A stretch of DNA of 64,000 nucleotides, taken from positions 1,632,001 through 1,696,000 of the forward strand of contig OY969763.1 in NCBI GenBank assembly GCA_963702845.1, in the 5' to 3' direction. Origin of the DNA: an uncultured Verrucomicrobiae bacterium. Its GTDB lineage: Bacteria > Verrucomicrobiota > Verrucomicrobiia > Limisphaerales > Palsa-1400. Each line of letters opens with the position of its first letter. The stretch's first letter is position 1. The position numbers were made by a program, and so were the translations under genes. Under the pieces are notes generated by a model. The model saw nothing but the letters and a program-made list of their open reading frames with translations. It ran no database searches and was not told the origin of the DNA. Below are positions 49,971 through 58,138 of this stretch, piece by piece.

Positions 49971-51377
49971 GTGATTCGACCCCTGTTCTTTGCTCTAACT
50001 TTGATCTCAGTTTTTGCAGCGAATGCCGCACAAAAGAAACCGAACGTCCTGATTATTGTCGCCGACCAGTGGCGAGCGCAGGCCTTTGGTTATGCTGGCG
50101 ACCCAAACGTCCACACCCCGAATCTCGACAAGCTCGCGCGCGCAAGCCTGAACGTGACCAACGCCATCTCAGGCTGTCCCGTGTGCAGTCCGTTTCGCGC
50201 GTCGTTATTGACCGGTCAACGCCCGCTCACTCACGGCGTCTTCGTCAACGACGTGCCGCTGCGCACGAACGCAATCACGATCGCAAAGGTTTTAAAGGAC
50301 GCCGGCTACGACACCGGCTGTATCGGAAAATGGCACGTGGACGGTCACGGGCGCGATTCATTTATTCCACGTGAACGGCGGCAAGGGTTCGATTATTGGA
50401 AAGTCCGCGAATGTTCGCACGATTACAATAATTCCACCTACTTCGCCGATACGCCGGATAAACTTACCTGGAACGGCTATGATGCGATTGCCCAGACGGA
50501 AGACGCGAAAAGTTATATTGAACAACACGCGCAAAACACGAAGCCATTCTTCCTCCTGCTCGCGTGGGGACCGCCGCACAACCCATATAACACTGCCCCC
50601 GAGGAATACAAACGTCTCTACCGTGATGAAGAAATCAAATTGCGCTCCAATGTTCCTTCGTCCGTTGCCGAAAAAACGCGCAATGATCTCGCCGGTTATT
50701 ACGCGCATTGCACTGCGCTCGATCGCTGCATCGGCGAACTTTGGCAAACGTTGAAAGACTCCGGGTTGGAGCAGGACACGATCGTTCTCTTCACCTCAGA
50801 CCATGGCGATATGCAGGGATCGCAGGGGAACATCCGGAAGCAACGGCCCTGGGATGAATCAATTCGTATTCCGTTGCTGATTCATTACCCGGCGGCATTC
50901 GGTGAAACCGGCAAACAATCTGGAGCATTGATAAACGCGCAGGACTTGATGCCGACATTACTTGGACTCAGCAGGGTGAAGATCCCCAAAACGGTGGAAG
51001 GCTTTGACTATAGTAACTTCCTTTTGCACTCGCGCGGAAATATACCCGATAGCGCTCTATTAACCTGCGTCGTTCCTTTCGGCGAATACACGAAACGAGT
51101 TGGTGGCCGCGAGTATCGAGGAATCCGAACCGACCGTTACACCTACGTTCGTGATCTTAAGGGGCCATGGCTTTTGTTCGACAACCAAACCGACCCATAT
51201 CAGATGACAAATTTATGCGGACGCACTGGCTCAACTGAAATCCAGGAAAACCTCGACCGAAAGTTAAACGGGCAGCTTCGAAAAAGCGGCGATCAATTTT
51301 TACCTGCGCAAGCGTATCTTGATAAGTGGAGCTACGTTATGAGCGAAAAGGGAAGCACGAAAGTGCGAGGTGAATAA
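49971..51377 (+). CDS. Formylglycine-dependent sulfatase
   Basis: Signal peptide, PNVLIIVADQ, CSPFRASLLTG, GKWH, SDHG. Confidence 0.92.
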   Translation: MIRPLFFALTLISVFAANAAQKKPNVLIIVADQWRAQAFGYAGDPNVHTPNLDKLARASLNVTNAISGCPVCSPFRASLLTGQRPLTHGVFVNDVPLRTNAITIAKVLKDAGYDTGCIGKWHVDGHGRDSFIPRERRQGFDYWKVRECSHDYNNSTYFADTPDKLTWNGYDAIAQTEDAKSYIEQHAQNTKPFFLLLAWGPPHNPYNTAPEEYKRLYRDEEIKLRSNVPSSVAEKTRNDLAGYYAHCTALDRCIGELWQTLKDSGLEQDTIVLFTSDHGDMQGSQGNIRKQRPWDESIRIPLLIHYPAAFGETGKQSGALINAQDLMPTLLGLSRVKIPKTVEGFDYSNFLLHSRGNIPDSALLTCVVPFGEYTKRVGGREYRGIRTDRYTYVRDLKGPWLLFDNQTDPYQMTNLCGRTGSTEIQENLDRKLNGQLRKSGDQFLPAQAYLDKWSYVMSEKGSTKVRGE

Positions 51378-51461
51378 TTGCTTTGATAGCAGCCGACGTC
51401 AGGAGACGCAAACTTCTCAGCGACGACGCGAAGACTAACCTCCGGGCGTCGGCTGCTACAA

Positions 51462-51668
51462 TTAAAACGCGCGGCGCCGATTAAGCCTGCGGTTGCTGGT
51501 AACGGGCTTCGTCTGATCACCGATCCAGTCGCCGAGCTTAATGTATTCTCTAATCTTACGGCGTTCGTATCGGTTCTTTTTGGGTTTTGCGGGATTATCT
51601 TCGACTTTGCGGAAGGGATGTTTGGTGTTGCGTATCGTCTCGGTAATCAAGGCTAACGTTTTGGTCAT
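51462..51668 (-). CDS. Small basic hypothetical protein (68 aa)
   Basis: MTKTLALITETIRNTKHPFRK...KNRYERRKIREY; AAGGA Shine-Dalgarno upstream. Confidence 0.6.
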   Translation of the reverse strand: MTKTLALITETIRNTKHPFRKVEDNPAKPKKNRYERRKIREYIKLGDWIGDQTKPVTSNRRLNRRRAF

Positions 51669-51808
51669 ATTTGATTTCCTTTCTGCAGCCGTTTGGGAGA
51701 CAAACGTGCTGTTGTCACTGATGTGACATTCGCCGGAACGCTGTTGTTCAATCGTTCTCATGCGCTTTCGCAAAAACCTCTGATAACTCTGATGCTCCCT
51801 GCGGAGCT

Positions 51809-52663
51809 TCAGTCGGTCATCGACCCTGAGTGCCACTCATTATGCATTTTACTGTGCACCAGATTCAAGCCAAATCGTTCATAAGCCCGGCGAACTTGAG
51901 GGAATTGTTCGCGCAATATTCCGGCCAAAACCAATTTCCCGCCCGGCTTTAACCACGAGCAAATCCGTTTCGCCTCTTGCACGAGCATATCAAAAATGAG
52001 ATTCGCGCATATCAGGTCGCATTGTGGAAAATGGCGGATTTTCAGTTGCGTTAAGTCCCGATGTTCAAACCTGATTTTGTGCTCCACGCGATTTCGTTTT
52101 GCGTTTGCCCGCGCAATCCGAACCGCATCGGCATCATAGTCGATCGCGAAAATCGGCGAGTAACCCATTTTGGCGGCCGCAATTGCCAGAATTCCCGAAC
52201 CGGTGCCGATATCCAGAAAATGCTGCTCACGCTCACCATTGCGCAACCGAACAACCTCATTGAGGCAATAAGAAGTCGTCGCATGCTGCCCCGTGCCGAA
52301 ACTAAGTCCCGGATCCAGCACGATAACTTTTTGATTTTTGCGCGGCTGTCGCTTGCTCCAACTTGGTTTGATGAGCAGAGCATGACCGATGTCCATCGGT
52401 TTGAAATGCCGCTTCCATGATTCCTTCCAATTCGGATCAAGCTTGCGGACTCGGACCCTACCCGCTGGCGACGTCAAGCCCTCTGGACGGGCAGGGGAGT
52501 AAATCGTGATGGTGCGACGCCCCGTCCGTACATCAATGTAAACCGATGGGATTTGCTGGAAGGTCTGTTCAAACCAATTCGCCGCGCTGTCTTCGTCCTG
52601 TTCAGACGTGACGACAGAAATTTCCCAGAGTTGTTTATTTGAACCTGAAGGTCGGGTTTGCAA
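51809..52663 (-). CDS. prmA: Ribosomal protein L11 methyltransferase
   Basis: LDPGLSFGTGQHATT, LDIGTGSGILAIAA, ANL. Confidence 0.92.
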   Translation of the reverse strand: MQTRPSGSNKQLWEISVVTSEQDEDSAANWFEQTFQQIPSVYIDVRTGRRTITIYSPARPEGLTSPAGRVRVRKLDPNWKESWKRHFKPMDIGHALLIKPSWSKRQPRKNQKVIVLDPGLSFGTGQHATTSYCLNEVVRLRNGEREQHFLDIGTGSGILAIAAAKMGYSPIFAIDYDADAVRIARANAKRNRVEHKIRFEHRDLTQLKIRHFPQCDLICANLIFDMLVQEAKRICSWLKPGGKLVLAGILREQFPQVRRAYERFGLNLVHSKMHNEWHSGSMTD

Positions 52664-53143
52664 TTAACCCAGCTTCTTCAAGGTTTCCTTCACCGCATTG
52701 AAATTCGGCAAATCTTTTGGCGTAGGCGTTTGTTCAGCGTATTGAACGACACCGTTCTTATCGATGACGAACGCGGCGCGAGCGGAAGTGTCGCCGACTC
52801 CGGCAAGCATCGGGAAGAGCACGTCATATTTTTTGGTGACTTCCTTATTCAGGTCGCTCGCGAGCTTGAGCGTAATTTTTTCCTTCTGCGCCCAGGCTTC
52901 CTGTGAAAATGGGGTATCAACGCTGATCGCGACGACATCTGCATTCAAATCGGCATACGCGCTCAAACCCGAGCTAATGTCGCACATTTCCTGAGTGCAA
53001 ACGCCGGTGAAAGCAGCGGGGAAAAACAACAGCACCGTGTTTTTCTTTCCGAAATTCTCGCTCAACTTCACATCCACCAGGCCGGTGGCAGTTTTGGATT
53101 TGAGAGTAAAATCGGGCGCTTGGGAGCCAACTTTAATAGGCAT
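52664..53143 (-). CDS. Peroxiredoxin (AhpC/TSA family)
   Basis: FFPAAFTGVCTQEMC, RAAFVID. Confidence 0.9.
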   Translation of the reverse strand: MPIKVGSQAPDFTLKSKTATGLVDVKLSENFGKKNTVLLFFPAAFTGVCTQEMCDISSGLSAYADLNADVVAISVDTPFSQEAWAQKEKITLKLASDLNKEVTKKYDVLFPMLAGVGDTSARAAFVIDKNGVVQYAEQTPTPKDLPNFNAVKETLKKLG

Positions 53144-53380
53144 AAAAATAATTAGTAAGTGTTAGAACAGTGCGCGTTGTTATATGGACAGCTTCGACTT
53201 GTGTCAACCGTAGGAAGCGGCACATCCGGTAAAGTATCACTATGATTCAGTGTTTAGGTGATAGGGACAGGCGCGTGCGGATGCTGTATACCCGTCAGTG
53301 AGAATCTTGAACGCATTCCAGCGCTGAAGATCTAAAGAAGAGCTCGAACCAAGAATTCAGGAACCCGCCTTCACTCGGAA

Positions 53381-53640
53381 AACGTCACGGCAACAAACAT
53401 CGTGCCTCTAACGCGTCAGCAATTATTAAACGACGGTTCGGTTCCTGATTAATTTTCTGTCAGTGGCCAACCTGTACGTATTACGTCCAATACTCCAGCG
53501 ACTTGACGACCTGGATCACCTCGACCATTGCGCTCAACGGCAACGGGACGTAAATGCAATGGATCGACATCGGTCCTTACACCACCGAATCCAAGCCCAC
53601 ACTGTCCCAAACCGCTCCTGCCGAGTCAGTCTCCCCATAG
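53381..53640 (+). pseudogene. Decayed C-terminal fragment of a secreted-protein gene
   Basis: Joining frames gives LLNDGS/FLINFLSVAN/TYYVQYSSDLTTW...GNGT*MQWIDIGPYTTESKP, with frameshifts and an internal stop. Confidence 0.55.
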
Positions 53641-53694
53641 GGCGCTGAAGGGTCGGGCATTCATGCTGTTGGTTTCAAAACACTTCGGCACTGC

Positions 53695-53723
53695 TTGACG
53701 CAGCCCCTCCGGTCGGCGATACT
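53695..53723 (+). promoter_or_regulatory. Putative sigma70 promoter of ssrA
   Basis: TTGACG-17 bp-GATACT just upstream of the tmRNA 5' end. Confidence 0.55.
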
Positions 53724-53737
53724 TTCTGTGCTTCCTT

Positions 53738-54089
53738 GGGGGCGTACTGGTTTCGACCTGAAAGTTACGCCAGAGGCGGCATGCCGAGGATGGTACGTTG
53801 GCCTCGTTAATCATCGAACCAAAAAATAGCTAACGAACAATTAGCACTCGCGGCCTAAATGTGCTGCGACGTTCGCCCTTGGACACCTGCTACGAGGGAC
53901 GAACGCCATAGCAGGTTAGGTGGAACACGGAGTCTGCGCGTGGTTCATCGAAGTAATTCCATGCGGGCTAAGCAGTCGGAATCGCGTTCGATCGTTATCC
54001 GGCAGTCTACAATATCTTTCGAACTAAGCATGTAGTCGCGGCTGGTTGATCAGTCAGGGACGCGGGTTCAACTCCCGCCGCCTCCACCA
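53738..54089 (+). ncRNA. ssrA: tmRNA
   Basis: 5' GGGGGCGTACTGGTTTCGAC, 3' T-arm GGGTTCAACTCCC and acceptor GCCTCCACCA; tag frame (A)NEQLALAA* at 53829-53858. Confidence 0.96.
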
Positions 54090-54152
54090 TATTTAACAGG
54101 GGTTTGGTGGATTTGTCTTGAGTCCTAACGGTTTTCCTAACAGAATGCCGTT

Positions 54153-55529
54153 ATGACAGCCGAGACGCGTACTCCAACTCCGCAAGTGTCAGCGCAAACC
54201 GATGCTGCGCCCTCTTTTCCGCTTCTGATTCAGACCGGCTCCGTTGTGGTGAAGATTTATAAGGTCACCAATAAGGGGCGGGATTCTTACACGATTTCTT
54301 ACATCACCCACGGCAAGCGGAAGCTCAAAATGTTTGCTGATTTGGAGAAGGCTATCGCCGCAGCGGAAGGCGTTGGCGACGCAATGGGTCGCGGCGAATT
54401 GGAGGTGCTCAATCTCCGCAGCAAGGAGCTGCTGAATTACCGGCTGGCGATGGATGCGCTCAAGCCGACCGGCGTTTCTCTTGAAGTTGCGGCGACGCAA
54501 TTCGCCCAGGCATTTGCAAAGCTGAACGGCAAAGCGACGCTGCTGGAGGCCGCTGAGTTTTATGTGAAGCGGAACCCGAACCAATCTCCAAAGTTGGTTT
54601 CGAAAGTGATAACGGATTTGCTGGAGGCCAAAGAAGCTGACGGAATGAGCGACGTTTATACCAAAGACCTGCGCAGCCGTTTGAAACGCGTTGGCAACTA
54701 TTTCAAGATGCCGATCGGGATGCTCACGGCGGCTGAGATTGAAAAGTTTTTGCGCGGACTGAAAACCGAGGGTGAATCGCCAAAGCCACTCACGGGCCGT
54801 TCACGAAACAATTACCGCCGCGCGATCGCGACGCTGCTCTATTTTGCTGAGAGTCGCGGGGACATCGTTAAGGGCACTGTTGATGTGGAGTCTATCGCAG
54901 TCGCGAAGCAGAATGACGGTGACATTGAGATTTTTACAGCGGATGAGCTCACGCGCATCTTTGCTACGGCTAGGCCGGTGCTGATCCCGTTCCTCGCCAT
55001 TGGCGCGTTTGCCGGACTACGCAGTGCGGAGATTGAGCGGCTGGATTGGTCCGAGGTTCGCATCGACGACGGGTTTATCGAGGTGAAGGCGAGCAAGGCG
55101 AAAACTGCGAGCCGACGTTTGGTGCCGATTTCCGAAAATTTGAAGTTGTGGCTTACGGATCACAAGAAGCCAAATGGCGCGGTCGTTCCATTTGCAAATA
55201 TGTCGAAACAACTTCTCTGGCTGGCGGAGGACGTGCACAAGGCCTGGCAAACGGAAAAGCCGGCGGGCGAGTTCAAGTGGAAGCATAATGCCCTACGGCA
55301 TTCGTTTATCAGCTACCGTGTGGCAACGGTGCAGAACGTGGCGCAGGTGGCGCTGGAAGCTGGTAACTCGCCAAAGATGGTGTTCTCGAACTACCGCGAG
55401 ATTGTCCGCCCCATAGATGCCGAGCGGTGGTTTGCGATCACGCCGGAAAGCGTCAGCGGCTTCAAAGTGAAAGTGGAACGTGAGCGAGCGGCGAAGATTG
55501 TGGCGCATCCGGTGGCGATGGCAGCGTAA
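54153..55529 (+). CDS. Tyrosine recombinase/integrase
   Basis: AFAGLRSAEI (R), KAKT (K), HNALRHSF, GNS, SNYRE (Y). Confidence 0.93.
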   Translation: MTAETRTPTPQVSAQTDAAPSFPLLIQTGSVVVKIYKVTNKGRDSYTISYITHGKRKLKMFADLEKAIAAAEGVGDAMGRGELEVLNLRSKELLNYRLAMDALKPTGVSLEVAATQFAQAFAKLNGKATLLEAAEFYVKRNPNQSPKLVSKVITDLLEAKEADGMSDVYTKDLRSRLKRVGNYFKMPIGMLTAAEIEKFLRGLKTEGESPKPLTGRSRNNYRRAIATLLYFAESRGDIVKGTVDVESIAVAKQNDGDIEIFTADELTRIFATARPVLIPFLAIGAFAGLRSAEIERLDWSEVRIDDGFIEVKASKAKTASRRLVPISENLKLWLTDHKKPNGAVVPFANMSKQLLWLAEDVHKAWQTEKPAGEFKWKHNALRHSFISYRVATVQNVAQVALEAGNSPKMVFSNYREIVRPIDAERWFAITPESVSGFKVKVERERAAKIVAHPVAMAA

Positions 55530-55624
55530 AGGGTGCGGAGGTGTGTTTACTGACGGCCGCTGACACGTGCGCCTTGTAGTCGGTGCTACGCTTCGACTTG
55601 AAACCCGAGGGGCAGCGCGGCAGG

Positions 55625-55677
55625 TGCGCTGCCGGCGCTGAAGGCTGGGTGCACGAAAAGGTAATACCCTAGCTGCG
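55625..55677 (+). repeat. 53-bp island repeat, copy 1
   Basis: tgcgctgccggcgctgaaggctgggtgcacgaaaaggtaataccctagctgcg. Confidence 0.9.
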
Positions 55678-55724
55678 CGTTTTTTCACGGCCGCTGTATT
55701 CGCGCTGGACGCATTTAAACCGGG

Positions 55725-55865
55725 TTAGCCGAATGAAATGGGCATGCCCATGCGCGCGGCGGCATAGGCGGCTAAGACTGCGAGGCCAAGCAGGAGAAAG
55801 AGGCCGATTAAGCCAATGATAAACGCCCATGTTTCGGTCCAAAGGCTGAAGTCGTCGGAGTTCAT
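55725..55865 (-). CDS. 46-aa single-TM hydrophobic peptide (not in ORF track)
   Basis: MNSDDFSLWTETWAFIIGLIGLFLLLGLAVLAAYAAARMGMPISFG; AAGGAGG Shine-Dalgarno just upstream. Confidence 0.7.
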   Translation of the reverse strand: MNSDDFSLWTETWAFIIGLIGLFLLLGLAVLAAYAAARMGMPISFG

Positions 55866-55958
55866 ACTACCTCCTTACTGGTACAATAAGGCAGAGAGGC
55901 GCCAATTCAAAATAAACGGCGGCATAAATGGTATCAATCGCAAGGACGCCAATGTCAT

Positions 55959-56011
55959 TGCGCTGCCGGCGCTGGAGGCTAGAGGCACGAAAAGGTAAAA
56001 CTCTAGGTGTT
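55959..56011 (+). repeat. 53-bp island repeat, copy 2
   Basis: tgcgctgccggcgctggaggctagaggcacgaaaaggtaaaactctaggtgtt. Confidence 0.88.
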
Positions 56012-56024
56012 GCCTTTCGGCTGT

Positions 56025-56285
56025 TCACATAGCAAAGGTTTGTCTAGAAATGCCGAAAGGCGCACTCGCGTGCGCCTTTCGTGTTAAAGGTTGAGGAGTT
56101 AGGTTTAAGCAGCCCAAGCCAGAATCATGAGAGGCTTTTTGAGCAGCACGAATGCGCTCTTTCCGTTCATTTTCAATGGCTTGTAGGAAGGCTTCTTTAT
56201 CCTTTAGGAATCTTTGGAACGATCCTGCTTCCTGTTCACAGAACGCGTCCATAGTGATGCGATTCATTGTTTTCTCGTTTTTCAT
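56025..56285 (-). CDS. Small hypothetical protein downstream of the zeta-like gene
   Basis: 86 aa, starts 2 bp after the upstream stop. Confidence 0.55.
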   Translation of the reverse strand: MKNEKTMNRITMDAFCEQEAGSFQRFLKDKEAFLQAIENERKERIRAAQKASHDSGLGCLNLTPQPLTRKAHASAPFGISRQTFAM

Positions 56286-56287
56286 AA

Positions 56288-57257
56288 TTATGCCTTTCTG
56301 GGCATAAATTGTGCCGAATTAAATATCTCTGCATTCAGCACCTCAAGTATATTCCCACTCTTTTTATTTGCAACTAATTCGATGTCGTTCGGAAGTCCCA
56401 TATTAGCAAACACTAAAACGGTGTCAAAGTAGTCAAAATACCCTCTGAGATGCTCAATGAAACCACTATGTGACTCAGGAAGCGCCTTAAAATGCGGGAA
56501 TCGGCGTGACTGCTTGGCACGTTCCATGGCTTGCCGGATAGCTTTATCCAACGGTGTCAGTATAGCGACCATCGTGAGTTCATAGCCGTGTCTCTTTGCC
56601 AGGTCGATGCGCTGCATAGTCTCGCCGTGGCTGGACATCGACGAATCCAAGATGAATGATTTTTCCGCCTCGATCAGGTCAGACACGACCTCTCTGGTAA
56701 GCTCGACGCACTCTTTCTGAACGGTCCAACTGGCACGACCGTCGGCGACCGCTTTAATTAAGCTGAATTCCGGGATCCAGCTGTTTAAAGATATCGGCGC
56801 CCACCATATTCTTTTTTTCGAGCGGTAGCTTTTCATTCTTTGCAAGGTAGTTGACTGCAGTTGTTTTTCCACTCCCATAGCCGCCGCCAGTGAACACGAG
56901 TTGTGGCTTGCCTGGGAGTTTTATTGCCGGGTTGCTTGCGATGCCCTTAATTGTTTTGCGAAAGCTGTCGCGAGTAATGGATGTTTGCCCAGGAATCAGG
57001 CCAGCTTCAATCAAGTTGAATAACTGTGAATCGAATAGGTGACTATAGGAACATAAGTCTACCGTCGGCTTGTAGCGAGTTTCCGTGAGGATCGGATCTT
57101 CGGGCGAGATGATTTCTGGACGCGAGATTTTGCCTGGTTCGTATTTTGTATCCCACCACCAATCCCAAAATTCGTACGTTTGATCAATATTGTCGACTAA
57201 TGTTGCAAAGTCGAATTTCTCACCATCTTTTAATTTCGATAAAATTGGCAGATTCAT
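56288..57257 (-). pseudogene. Zeta-toxin-like P-loop kinase split by a 1-nt insertion near 56777-56778
   Basis: LVFTGGGYGSGKTT and GADIFKQL in one frame continue as IPEF...FILDSSMS...AMERA in the next; the join gives about 322 aa. Confidence 0.8.
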
Positions 57258-57426
57258 CCCGTTAGTTGGTTGACCGATTAGCGGGCACCTTGCAGCGTCG
57301 GGTGACAGTTTTCAAGCCGTAATTACCGCGTTCACTGACGATGCTCCGGCGGCGCTGCCTCTAATTGTTTTCCGTTGGACTTGCGGCTGAAGCAGTTGCA
57401 GTATCGGATTTGGCTCCCAAACAACC

Positions 57427-58134
57427 ATGGATATTTTGGTCGACTTTGACAACATCGATAATGCAATGAGATCGAAGGGACTGCAGATGGTTTGCACCCG
57501 GATGGTTCATGCGATTGCTAATAAAAAAGCTACGATGCCCGCCATGCTACGGTTTCGACTATATGGTGGTTGGTTTGAAAATGAGTCGCTTACCCGGCGC
57601 GCCCAAAACTTGAGTTCGGAGATTCAGCGTGACTTTCCAAGTACAATTCGGTGGAGCGGGGGAACCAGAACGGGAACGTGCGTTGCGCAGGTCGAAATGG
57701 CCTACGCCTTGGAGATTGAACCCGCAAGGAAGTTAACTCATACGTTTCGCGTGCGACCATTCGATGCGAAGATTCGCTGTCGGCTGAATTTAATATCGAA
57801 ATGCACACAATCGCCCTGTCCGACTGCCGCGATTGCAGCGTTTTTCAATGACAAGAAGTGCATTACCCAACGCTGCTACATGACCCCGGGCGACTTCCTG
57901 GAAAAGGAAGATCAAAAACTGGCTGATACTATGCTGACGGCGGATTTAATTTATCTGGCCACCCACGGAAAAAGTGATTTGGCCGTCGTTTCTTCAGACG
58001 ATGACCTTTGGCCTGGCATCCAGACTGCGCTGTTATCTGGTGCGAGGGTAATGCACTTACACACGCACAAGGAGCGCCAAACGCGACAATCATACTCCAA
58101 CGGTCTGCTGCAATATAAGGAGACTGCCCTCTAA
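57427..58134 (+). CDS. NYN/LabA (PIN-like) domain nuclease with Cys-rich insertion
   Basis: ILVDFDN, QKLADTML..D, VVSSDDDLWP acidic motifs; CTQSPC and CITQRC. Confidence 0.8.
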   Translation: MDILVDFDNIDNAMRSKGLQMVCTRMVHAIANKKATMPAMLRFRLYGGWFENESLTRRAQNLSSEIQRDFPSTIRWSGGTRTGTCVAQVEMAYALEIEPARKLTHTFRVRPFDAKIRCRLNLISKCTQSPCPTAAIAAFFNDKKCITQRCYMTPGDFLEKEDQKLADTMLTADLIYLATHGKSDLAVVSSDDDLWPGIQTALLSGARVMHLHTHKERQTRQSYSNGLLQYKETAL

Positions 58135-58138
58135 CCAT

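Noticed and set aside
53463..53648. 61-aa ORF as a real gene
   Set aside because: It is the wrong frame of the decayed C-terminal-domain pseudogene.
54050..54089. Stand-alone tRNA gene
   Set aside because: The T-arm and CCA belong to the tmRNA, whose acceptor stem pairs with 53738 onward.
57340..57362. Additional island repeat copy (ccggcggcgctgcc)
   Set aside because: Only a short GC-rich resemblance, without the gcacgaaaaggtaa core.
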